From assembly GCF_902459465.1 (NCBI RefSeq), contig NC_047068.1:1984001-2048000 (forward strand): DNA of 64,000 bases, in the 5' to 3' direction. This document shows positions 37,525-48,519 of the stretch, piece by piece; position 1 is the stretch's first letter, and every line of letters begins with the position of its first letter. The position numbers were made by a program, and so were the translations under genes. The DNA comes from Asterias rubens. Lineage: Eukaryota. The notes beneath the pieces were generated by a model. The model saw only the letters and a list, made by a program, of their open reading frames with translations. It was not told the DNA's origin and ran no database searches.

Positions 37525-40339
37525 AACATTTGTTTTATGCAGAAAATAATACATTTTTAAAAATGTATTATTTATTAAATTTATTTGTAGTGTGTGTTTT
37601 TTTTTATTTTATTTGTTTTTGTCTTGTTTGTTTGTTTGTTTGGTGTTTTTTTGTTTTTAATTTTTGTGTGTGGGAGGTGTTTAATTTGAAAATTGTATTT
37701 AAAGTATCATTAATTGATTATTGACCCAACATTCATTGGGAACATTGCTGTAGTTTTTGATACTAAATTCTCCTGATTATTCACATGAACTGTATCTTTC
37801 CAATAGTTATTGAAATAAGTTATTGTTAGCATTGCTTTGTTTAGGTAGGGGAACACGTCATTTAGGTGACCCTTATTCACTAAATGGACTGTCCCAGATC
37901 ATGGCAGAGAGTGAAAGAAGTGTGTCCAACGCGCCAGGCACATGTCACTCTGCTACTGCTGCTGTCCTCGCTTGACATCAATTTCAAATTTACTGTGAAT
38001 AATCAGGCTCTGGTGAATATCCCTGAGAGCTAAGAGGTGATCCCAAGACTCTTCCGCATCCAGCCAAGGACTAGAAGGGGGGACAAGTATTAGGCATGCC
38101 AAACATTCCACCATGTTATGAGCGCAGTTGGTGGCTGTAGCCGCGGAGCAAGTAGGCAATTATCAAGGGTACAAACATTATGATGTACCTACTGGGCCCA
38201 CGTGGAAGGTAGGGCAATTGGGGATGGACTACCAGGGTTAAATTTCATCTACACCTGCTGGTCCGGTCTGACCGCCATCCTACAATGACATAGTACACAG
38301 CTATTACTCTTTCTAGGCTAGCTACAAAAATACCACAGGGATGATGTTTATCTTGGAGTGACTGTAAATGCACACTTTCCAGGTTTTGACTTTGACCATC
38401 TTTTAACTTTTTAGTCCATGTCAGTCCTGATTGTTTTCTTTAACTCCTCTTTTTAGATCCCAATGTTTATGATAAACAGAAAGTTGAAGCTATGGTAAAA
38501 CATAGTACAACAGCCTTTAGTACAACCTACCCAGTATTTGTCACAATTTTATTGGGCAGGATACCAAAATCCTGAAATCTCTCCCCATAAATGTCCAGAG
38601 TGTTGCCTGAGAAGGTATTAAAAGTGAGCGTTGCAGGATGATACCCATCTGTTGGGCATGTGCTGTAGTACTTGTAAGCAGCGCAGTGGTATTATAGGCT
38701 ACCTTACTGACTGTATAGAGGATTCATAGAGTCAGGGTCATAAATACCACAACAAACTTGAGACACTTTGAGTCTAAAGAAGAAACCAAACTAAGATTCT
38801 GCATCTGTCAAGTCTACTACCAGCATATGGTTTGGTCTCAAGGTTGGATAGATTTGGATGGGAGGGCTGCTGCTCTGCTATGGCAATTAGTATTTTATCT
38901 CTACAACTTTCTTTTAAGTTTATGATCATGATTGAAATGCGTAACGTTCTCTACAGAACCTTATGCGAGAGTGCAATCACATTGGTGTATATCTTTCCAA
39001 CCATATGCATTTCATAACAAACGATTTCAAACGCTTTTCATAGACCAACTCGACCGATCCAAGGCAATGTGTTCCTTTAGGATTAATACAACCTTCTGCA
39101 TGAACTCATGATGTATGTTTAAACACCATATGAATGAGTTTGAAAGCATGTATACCTCATCAGTCTTGGACTGGGCATGATACGGCCCTTTCTCTATGAT
39201 TATACGAGGTGTTTATTACTGCTTCAGTTTAATGTTGTATTTAACAAATCAAATTATGCCAATCAGCAGCTGTCAATCAAAAGACTATATTGACCAATGA
39301 GATGTTGTTGGGCTTGGATTGCATTATGGGTATTGTGCATCAAACACAATATATACAAATGTAATATGAGTTTAATTTTTTCTGTTGGACATAACAAACA
39401 GCTGGACATGTAGGTCATTTTTGACCGGCATCTCTGTCCGACATGTACCTTCCTTCCTCCATGGACATACAAACAAACTGTTGACCTACATGTAGTAGGT
39501 CATTTTCTGACCTGCATTTTTTGCAAGCATTACTTACAAGGGATAATATAGATTGTTTGTTTTCAAACATTGTCCTATTTGATGAGAAGGAATAAGTTTG
39601 CTGGTTGGTTTTGTATTAATACCATCAACTTAGGTAAGGTGATTGTCAAATGTACTTTGATAGGCATCTTACTGAAAGAAGAAATGCAGACGCTCCTAAT
39701 CTTGATGTCCCTAAACACAATGTGAGTGTTTTAAACAGTCTTTAAAGTTTGCCTGTGATAAAGTTTTGAACTTTGTTCTTCTATTCAAAATTCTTCCTCC
39801 TTTTACATTTTCAAGTGTTTGTACTTTTTATTTATCTTGTCCTATTTCTATTTTCTTAATATTTTCTTAGTCTGTTGTTTATGTTTTACTGATGTAAACA
39901 CAATTTGATGTAAAACAGCTTTTGCTGATCTTTTTATCATGTATAAAAGATGTTGCAATAGGCCAAAATAACTAAATAAAAAAATTAATTAATTAATTAA
40001 TAAGTAAATAAAGAAATAAATTAAAGAACCATGTTCTTTATAGCAGGCTAGTGTATCTAACTGAAATTCTGTTGGCTGTATCAGTGGAATGTTGGTTGTA
40101 CATGTAGTTCGGGTCAGGCTAGAGCGAGATGCTTCAACTGTAATTGCTTCTCATCATCCAGGAGTAAATGACTACCTACAAGGAGATTGTTGATGTGAAT
40201 GATGAGCAACCTGTGTGTTCATTTGGCTGCCGGTGCTGCATACTCCTAAGGAGTTGAGATGGTTTCAGGGATGCTTAAGGTCTGATAAACTGGGATACTA
40301 TGTTAAGGTACACTGGGAGCCTACATGGAATAATAACAA

Positions 40340-40445
40340 TAAAAAAACATGTTTATATAGCGCTTTTCACACCCGGAGGGCGTCCCAAAGCGCTTCACAT
40401 TATTACCCCTGGTCACTGGGCCTTTATTCACTCCTTAAACCGTCT
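40340..40445 (-). mobile_element. L2-like SINE/LINE 3' tail fragment
   Basis: tatatagcgc...caaagcgcttcaca next to an A-rich run; similar tails at 41410-41480 and 50145-50200. Confidence 0.5.
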
Positions 40446-41508
40446 AAGTACTGTACTTAGCTTGAAAAAGTGTATAATATACATGTTATTATCTTCTTTA
40501 GGTAAACAGCTAGACTCTGAAGCCGGCCTCGCGTCAACAAAAAACAGTCGGCAACTGACTTTTTAGAATCACACTGTGCCTAAGCTAAGACCATCGGTAA
40601 CTTTCAGTTGCTGATTATGGCTTGTTCGACGTGATCCCGGCGGTTGGGAACCAATCGCAGCCGTATGATTTCTCAGTTGTTGTGACCTGAGCATATTTTG
40701 TCTGCGCGTTGCCGACAGTTCTTTGCGGGCGCAAGAAAATCGTAGGTTGAAATGACCTAAGCCTGGCTTAAGGTTACTTGTTGCATGTTAAATAAGACAT
40801 TAATAAATTATATAGAATTTAGAGGAGTAAAAAAAAAAAAAAACTACCATATATTTTCAAACTATAAATGACTGTGAGAATGTAACAGTCTTAGTACAAG
40901 ATGAGCCAACTTTACTGTCAATGAACTTTACATATGGGACCTGTTTCATGACTTCATTTGAAATATATAAAATCCTTGCATTCTTTCTCTTGAGGTATGT
41001 GTTTGTGCAAACCTGTTCTTTTTATCACTTTCAGTTTGGAAAAGTACATGAATGTGTATGAATGTAGGATGGGGTAAAATAGTTGGTTTAAGTGGCTGGG
41101 ATTAATGATTGGTTTGTTGATTAAACTTGTGAGGATGGGAAGTTGATGATGTTAGCGGTCTTCACTATCTTGATATCGTCTGATGATATCTTGTCTCCTT
41201 GGTGATGTGGGTGGATGGTGGAATGTGTTTGTTTGAAGAAGACTTGGTTGAGTCTAGGAATGTGATCATGGTCTTACTCCATCAATAAGTTATAGTGTTA
41301 AGGAAGGAATTAATCATCGAATGAGACGATTGGCTCCAGAAGGAAAGACTTATGAAAAATCACTACAAGTATTGTGGTCATTTTTGTTTATTAAAAATGT
41401 AAAGAATAATATTATTGGCTTCTTATATATTGCTCATATCCGTCACTCTGTGACGCTCAACAAGGCGCTTCAACATTCAGTATTTTCCAACTTTTTGGAA
41501 CCAATTTC

Positions 41509-41833
41509 TTAACATAGCACCATGTAATGGTTTACAAGGTGCTGTGGTGCAATATGCCGCCAATCAAACCAGAAACACAGTGGCAAACCCCTTCTCTGGG
41601 TTCTTTTACATGTACATGCATTGCACAACACACAGGACCAACAGCTTTACGTCTCATCCGGAGGTTGCAGCAATAATGGACCAACAGCTTTACGTCCCAT
41701 CCGAAGGATGCAGCAATAATGGTTAAGGGCTTGCTTAAAGACACAGCGGTCACTACCTACCAGGACTCGAACCAACACTGTTAAACAGAAATACCTGAGT
41801 TTGAGTCTGGTGCTCTTATCCACTCGGCCATGA
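41509..41833 (-). mobile_element. tRNA-derived SINE with an internal 43-bp tandem duplication (41635-41720)
   Basis: Minus-strand head tcatggccgagtggataagagcacc...ggttcgagtcc; ggaccaacagctttacgtc.catcc..agg.tgcagcaataat x2. Confidence 0.75.
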
Positions 41834-42186
41834 GTGTGAGTTTCAGAAACCCGAATTGCTTGAAAATCCCAGTGGTCATACATTACTCCAGTAGATCCAT
41901 GATAAAATCTCACCAAAGTATAATAAAAGTACACATTTGAACCCTAGAAAACTTAGAACAAAAGCATTCATATAAACATACTCTGGCTTAGCTGTATAAG
42001 CTTCATTTATGAAATGTCCTGTGTAAAACTAGTGGTTTATAGCAATGCATTGACATGAACAGCTGAAGTGATAAAATATTGCACATTCATGTTGAATCTG
42101 GATACTAGAAACTAGGATATGATGCCAACAATCAACAGTGCAGTAACTCCTAAAACACTGACTTCATTGTTCTACATCCACATTCT

Positions 42187-42555
42187 TTAAAGCCAGTGGA
42201 TACTATTGGTAGTTACTCAAAATAATTTTTAGCATAAAACCTTACTTGGTTACAAGTAATGGAGAGCTGTTGATAGTATAAAACATTGTGAGAAACGGCT
42301 CCCTCTGAAGTAAAGTAGTTTTCGAGAAAATAATTTTCCACGTATTTGATTTCGAGACCTCAGATTTAGAATTTGAAGTCTTGAAATCAAGCATCTGGAA
42401 GCACCAACTTTGTGTGACAAGGGTGTTTTTTCTTTCATTGTTATCTCGCAACTTCGACGACCAATTGAGCTCAAATTTTCACAGGTTTGTTATTTGATGC
42501 ATATAAGTGAGAAGACTGGTCTTTGACAATAACCAATAGTGTGCAGTGTCTTTAA
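42187..42555 (+). mobile_element. MITE family A, full length
   Basis: TTAA flanks and family body. Confidence 0.88.
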
Positions 42556-43050
42556 GATTATTGTCTTACATAAAGATGAAAGCATTCACAACTAGTGGAT
42601 GCATGTGAGTACATTGTGACAAAATATATTCACCAGGTGAAACTTGGACTAATCCATTTCACGAGGGGCTGTTTCATGGAAGCCTCAGAAATGGAATTGT
42701 CTGGATTTCACCGCGTGATTATATTTTCGACAATAAACATTTACTCAATATTGGTTTTGTCAATATCTCGCACAGAAATCCTTGCCATTTGAAGTGTCAT
42801 TTCACATTTAACACAAATAAGACGCTCAAATTAAACCATACATGGTTAAAGTTCTTAAAACCCCTTTTAAACAATGGACTACTCCACGAAGACATGAACC
42901 TTGTCTGCTGTGACACAACCTTGCTTCATTGGGACAAAAAGGGAGGAAACAATACTGCAAAGGGTCTGATATTGATCAATATTGGACTGGCTGATCAAAT
43001 ATTTTGGAGCATTGCGGCAATAAAACCCAGGCAAAATAATGGATGACGTT

Positions 43051-43221
43051 CAGGCCTGTATGCTTCGTTTTTGAAAGGGCAAGGGCACCAAGGCATTTCT
43101 GCTTGGTAAAGGGCACTCTATGAGAAAATTGTGAATTTCTACCGGAGCCTTTCAAGGGCACTAAGGCAATGACCAGGGGGGCATGGAGGCAATCGCCTCT
43201 GTTGCCCCCGTATCAGGCCCG
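43051..43221. mobile_element. MITE family C
   Basis: caggcctgtatgcttcg...tatcaggcccg. Confidence 0.75.
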
Positions 43222-43752
43222 GACGTGTGTTCCACCAATCAAATGACAAGGATCTGTGTGTGTGTCCTACGTATATGAACGAACATGGATGTATCTCAAG
43301 TCAGTTGTATGGAATCAAACGGTTACATTTGTTTACCATGTGTGATTTGACTCAAATGCTTAGTCATCTTTCTAACCACAATTTTTTGGGGTGAATGTAC
43401 CTTTTTGTCTGATTAAGAAGGTGTTGGTATACATGGTATTACAACAAAGGGTACAATTTTTCTTCTGTTGTGTTTTTTTTTTTTTTTCAACAGTTGTAGC
43501 TTATTTTTCAAAGTACCAAAAAGTGTTCCAATATTTGAATGGACATGATGCAAAGTGGGACCCTTTATTGTGTTTCCTGTCTGAAATGTTTCTAGACAAA
43601 GTATTTCTAATGTGTAAATCTTAGAAGTTTTTACAACTCTACAGTGTGGACCTGAGAACAAAAGAAGTCCACATAATGTAGAGACTTGAAACACTATGTG
43701 GACTTACATACATCCACACATTTCGTTTACAGTATTAAAGAATGTAATTTTC

Positions 43753-44092
43753 TTAATGGCGATGAACACTATTGGTAATTACTCAAAATAATTGTTAGCA
43801 TAAAAAATTGGTAACAAGCAATGGAGAATGGCTCCCTCTGAAGTAACATAGTTTTTGAGAAAGAGGTAAATTCTCACTCTAATATTAAAAGACTTTGACG
43901 GGCCTGAAGCCTGTTATTAGCTGAAAGCACACAAAATTATGCAGTAAGGGTATTTTTTCTTTCATTATTCTCTTGCAACGTAAATGATCAGTTGAGCCCA
44001 AATGTTCACAGATTTGTTATTTGATGCATATGTTGGAATACACCAAGTGAGAATGGTCTTTGACAATTACCAAACATTACCAGTGCCTTTAA
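43753..44092 (+). mobile_element. MITE family A, diverged subfamily
   Basis: TTAA flanks, shared termini and a diverged middle. Confidence 0.8.
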
Positions 44093-44680
44093 GTGTACAT
44101 AGCAAAAGAATGTACACAGAGTGACTGCGCCATCGGACTGAGTGTATCTATACATGTGTTCTTTAATGTTGTTTAAAATCTGCATTCAAATTGAAATGTT
44201 TTCTATTTATTTATAGACAATGAAGGCAGCCTGTCCATTTTTGTATGCCACATTTGTATAAAAAAGGACAAAGATTTGGAATTGGGGATTACATTCCCAA
44301 AACAGAGCAGGGAGATGTTTGGGAGTCTATTGGTGTTAATCATAATCAATGGTACATGTACCCATACATGATGTAGCATAGCTACTAATCATTACTGTAA
44401 ACAATAGTACTTTATATTAAAATGTTTTATGGATGTTGCTGTTATTAAAAGGACAAACATACTGTGAATGTAAATGGTGATGTTACCAGTCGTTTAAGCT
44501 ACTGTCATGACTGATGGTACATGTCGTCCACAGCCACTAGATGTGGACACATTGCATTATAAAGGTCATGAGTTAATCACAACATGTTTCCATTTCTCTT
44601 CTTGATGCAGGAATTCATGCTGATTCCCACTGCCCAGTGTTCCATTGGAGGATCTGCAATATTACAAAGCAGACATTGTA

Positions 44681-45797
44681 ATGGACTCTTACCCTGACCA
44701 AAGGATGGAGCAACCAACATCACCCCAAGGTGGGGCTGATTCTGAAATGGATTTCTCTATGAATGTATGTAGCCCGGAGGCCATGGCCTACTCCTTGTTT
44801 AATGAGCGAGAGTCACCTCCCCCTGCCACTACTGCAGAGCCCGTGGTACCTATACCTCCACCCCCTCCACTGCCACCTGTACCGGTAAACGTCACTCCCA
44901 ACAGAACTGCATCAGTCTTTATGTCGGCGTTTCCCATTGTAACAATTCCACAGACTTCCATGGTAACACCAACTTTTATTCAGGTTCAACAAATCCAACA
45001 AGTGCCACAAACTAGATTGACGTTGCAACCGATACAGACCCAGTCCATCCAACCTATGCAGCAGACAGTTCAACATACGATCACACAGCAGCAGTGGCAG
45101 CAGCTTACATTACAACAGCAGGCACAAATACAGCAGCAGTTGCAGCAGCATTTACAGCAGCAAGGGTTGAGGATTCAAGGACAGCCACAACTGGTTCTAA
45201 CACAAACTCCGAACCAACCCATACAACATGTACAAATACAACAGTCACGAACTCAGCAGCAGTTGCTACAACAGCAAAAACAACAAGGACTTAAGTTGCA
45301 GCAACAACAGCCAGTCATACAGCAATTACAGACAGTGCAACAGCAGCTGCAGTTAAAGAAACAGCAGCAGCTACAAATGCAGCAAGCTCAGATTGCTCAG
45401 CAGGGTCAACAGATACAAGTGCAACACAGTCAACTACCACTGCAGGGACACCAACTTACTCTGCAGAAATTACAACAACAGCAACAGCAATTACAGCAAC
45501 AATTACAAAAACAAAAAGATTTNNNNNNNNNNNNNNNNNNNNNNNNNNNNNNNNNNNNNNNNNNNNNNNNNNNNNNNNNNNNNNNNNNNNNNNNNNNNNN
45601 NNNNNNNNNNNNNNNNNNNNNNNNNNNNNNNNNNNNNNNNNNNNNNNNNNACCAACAACAACAGCAGCAGCTGCAGCAAGGACAGCAGCAGCAGCTGCAG
45701 AATCAACAAACTGAAGCTGAGGATGAGGAGGCTGGAAGTCCTCAACATTCTGTGGAAGATTCTTCCATTACAGAAGACCTGGAAAGAAAGAAGGATG
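44681..45797 (+). CDS. First coding exon of an unidentified Gln/Pro-rich protein (likely nuclear/regulatory); exon begins at acceptor 44611
   Basis: Open frame MDSYPDQRMEQPTSP... with a PPPPPLPP tract, a long Q-rich region and an acidic end (EAEDEEAGSP...ERKKD). Acceptor ttctcttcttgatgcag|44611, in-frame TGA at 44621 upstream of the ATG, phase-1 donor GATG|GTAAGT at 45798. Confidence 0.85.
45523..45650. other. Assembly gap (128 N) inside the polyglutamine-coding region
   Basis: Run of n. Confidence 1.
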
Positions 45798-45814
45798 GTA
45801 AGTTTACTTTCAAT

Positions 45815-46067
45815 TTCAATCATTTAGGGCGCATACAGCGGCCACAGCCAGGAACACCAGGGCGAACCCCTTCTCTTTTTGATTAGTGCACTGGGTTCTT
45901 TTACATGCGTTTACACAACACATCGGACCAACGGCTTTACATCCCATCCGATGGATGAATCAATGGTTAAGTGTTTTGCTTAAGGACACAAGTGTCCTGG
46001 CTGGGGATTCAAACCCACACTCTGCTGATCAGAAACACCAGAGTTTGAATTTGGTGCTCTTAATCAC
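45815..46067 (-). mobile_element. tRNA-derived SINE immediately inside the intron
   Basis: Same family as 41509-41833; explains the spurious C-terminal tail of ORF 44645..45886. Confidence 0.75.
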
Positions 46068-46210
46068 TTCCAGTTTGGCAATGTTGTAGTCCATCATCTC
46101 TATTCCCCTGTCAGTCCCATACCATTCTCCCACCGTCCGTCCCACTTGCCACCTTCCAACTGACCCCTCCCACTCACACCTTCCAAGTCACCACTCACCC
46201 AAACTAATCA

Positions 46211-46387
46211 CAGGCCTGATGCTTCACGGAGGCAGCGAAGGCGATTGCCTCCATGCCCCCTGGTCATTGCCTTGGTGCCCTTGAAATGCTCCAGTAGAAA
46301 ATTACAATTTCCTCATTAGGGTGCCCTTTACCAAGCATAAAATGCCTTGGTGCCCTTGCCCTTTCCAAAATGAAGCATACAGTCCTG
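46211..46387. mobile_element. MITE family C
   Basis: caggcctgatgcttcacgg...gaagcatacagtcctg. Confidence 0.75.
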
Positions 46388-46739
46388 TGATCATCTTATT
46401 TATGTAATCTCATGACACTTAGTAATGATGAGTTGAATGTATCTGTAGCAGTGTGTTACATCGTTGTGTAAGTCTAGGTGGAATTTGACAAGCTGCCCTT
46501 GGTATCGCATACATAGAGTGTGCATGGTGTTTGTGCACAGTGTGGTATCTCCACAGCCAATGGTATCAAGTTCCCCTCCCCTCTTGGTTCCTCCTGTTCA
46601 AGTCAAGGGTGTCGACCCAAAATGAAACTTTGAATTTTATAAATACTTCATAGTGTATGTAAGTTCAACATTCCAATATGCATACATGTACACTACATAC
46701 TGTGTAAAATAACAGAAGTAGACTTGATTTTCTAAACAG

Positions 46740-46900
46740 GTAGACCTGCTGCTGAAACCTTCATGCACGCATAGCATTTTCTACATGACCAGGCGAACTT
46801 TTTCAAAGAGTTTCAAATTGTTTCAAAGTATATTGCTGAGTATGGCTTTAATCAATCAGCGACACCCCCTGACTTGTTGGAGTTGTTGAATAATGTTATC
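46740..46900 (+). CDS. Probable second coding exon: (G)RPAAETFMHA*HFLHDQANFFKEFQIVSKYIAEYGFNQSATPPDLLELLNNVI, with in-frame TAG at 46772-46774
   Basis: Acceptor gacttgattttctaaacag is in phase 1, matching the upstream donor; donor ATC|GTAAGA; protein-like helical sequence. Confidence 0.6.
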
Positions 46901-47284
46901 GTAAGATGTGAATATTGAGGGTTATTATTGCATTATTAGGGCATTATTAGGATATGTAGGGGCACAAGGGAAGTACTTAACATCATCGGGATAGATTGTT
47001 AAGCTTGATGCTTATCCCAAGAGCCTCCATACAGAGACATAGAGGTACTACATGTGGGTGTATTATCATTGGATGTTTCATGAGATGTCAACACCTGCTA
47101 GCTGTTATAACAAAGTTAATGGAGTCTGGATACCATACAGGAATGTTTGCTCTGACACAGGCTTAACAGCAGGTTTATTTGGGATTGGTTATAATAAGCA
47201 TGTCTACATGATTTGTTGTTAAAGGCGCAATGCTATAATACATGTTTATCCAAATGCAATCATTCTAGCCTCAGGAATAGAAAG

Positions 47285-47430
47285 TAAGGCCGTTTCCAAA
47301 TTAGCAGCTACAGCTACAGCTACGGTTAGATTTCCGTGTCACCACGCGTTGAGGTATAGGATGTCCTTAACAAAAACCCTTAGCAACAGCCGTAGCCGTA
47401 GCTGTAGCCTTCAATTCAGATTCAGCCTAA
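47285..47430. mobile_element. MITE family H (Harbinger-like) with (GCTACA)n subterminal repeats
   Basis: taaggccgtttccaaatt...gctacagctacagctacgg / ccgtagccgtagctgtagc; relative at 53497-53602. Confidence 0.65.
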
Positions 47431-47522
47431 GTCATGCATGCACTCAAACGTAAGGACCACTTTTAAAGTGCATAGTGTTGTTCACTTACACTAATCAATT
47501 GATGGGGATCCCAGAAATTTTG

Positions 47523-47860
47523 AATTGACCCATTTCACCTGACGTTATCATCAGAATAATCTTAGATGCTCCATACTGGTGGGCAATGTCACTGTGTGTT
47601 ATTCAGTGAAGTGCGCATTTTAGGCGCCGTAGCGCTTACACGTAAACCCATTGCCAACCAAAATGGTGAGCGTGGCACAGTCGCCGCGTGTGAAATACGT
47701 GCAAGGGGTCAATAGATGGATTGCACACAACGTCATTGACAGCAATCTTTGATGGCAAATGGAAAAGAGCATGCGTGTACTCGATGGGCACATCACTCAG
47801 CCAATGATAGCATTTCAATGATAGCATTTCAATGATGGCGGTCAATGCAAGGGGTTTATA
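47523..47860. mobile_element. Two adjacent Tourist-like MITEs
   Basis: attgacc..ttcac / gtgcaaggggtcaat, followed by atagatggattgcac / gcaaggggtttata. Confidence 0.55.
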
Positions 47861-48468
47861 TGACTGAGACTTTAAACAAGGCTGTTTGAGGAGTTGTATG
47901 GAGAAAAATCTACAGATGCCTCAAGTGGGATTTGAACCCACAAACTTCTGCATTTCAAAGTGGATATCTAAACCACAATCAGAGAGTTGTCCAGATTTGA
48001 GACAGGTCAGCTTACTGTTGGGAAAAGGCTTGGCAGGTCCCAATTCATGAACGTCAAAAAGAAACAACTTAAGAATTACATTTATGATATATGATCATTT
48101 TCAAACCTATTTTTTGAACCCCCACGTTGATATGTACAGTAAGTCATTTAGCAAGCCACCTTTGATTGCAAGATGTGGCTGCATTCCACTGCAGCCAGTG
48201 TCAGTAGAGCATGGAGAAATCTCAAGAGTCTACTTAGTTGCCTTCTTGGCAGATGAAATGACAACCCAAGATGTAAAAGTCTTGTGTCTACCTGCTTGCT
48301 GCAAAGGTTGTAGTTTGTGACTAACTCTTAAGGGATCTTCTATTACTCATTACTGAGCGGAAAGCTTTCTTGGATTCACCAAATCCCATGATAGTGAATC
48401 ATGGTCTTCAACCTTTGGATAAATCACACCAGCATTCAGTCATTGATTTGTCCCTGTTTTAATTCTAG

Positions 48469-48519
48469 CCATTTCTAAGATATGAAAGTATTGTAGATGT
48501 TTCTAGATACCAACTATTG
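48469..48519 (+). CDS. Weak candidate third exon (PFLRYESIVDVSRYQLL)
   Basis: Acceptor tttgtccctgttttaattctag, donor TTG|GTATGT, phase 0/0 and open. Short enough to arise by chance. Confidence 0.3.

Noticed and set aside
44645-45886. ORF-track 413-aa protein taken as a single-exon gene
   Set aside because: The TTG start is unlikely (first in-frame ATG is 44681), and the part after 45797 runs through a consensus donor into a SINE.
46772-46774. Selenocysteine or pyrrolysine recoding
   Set aside because: The codon is TAG, not TGA, and pyrrolysine is not known in animals.
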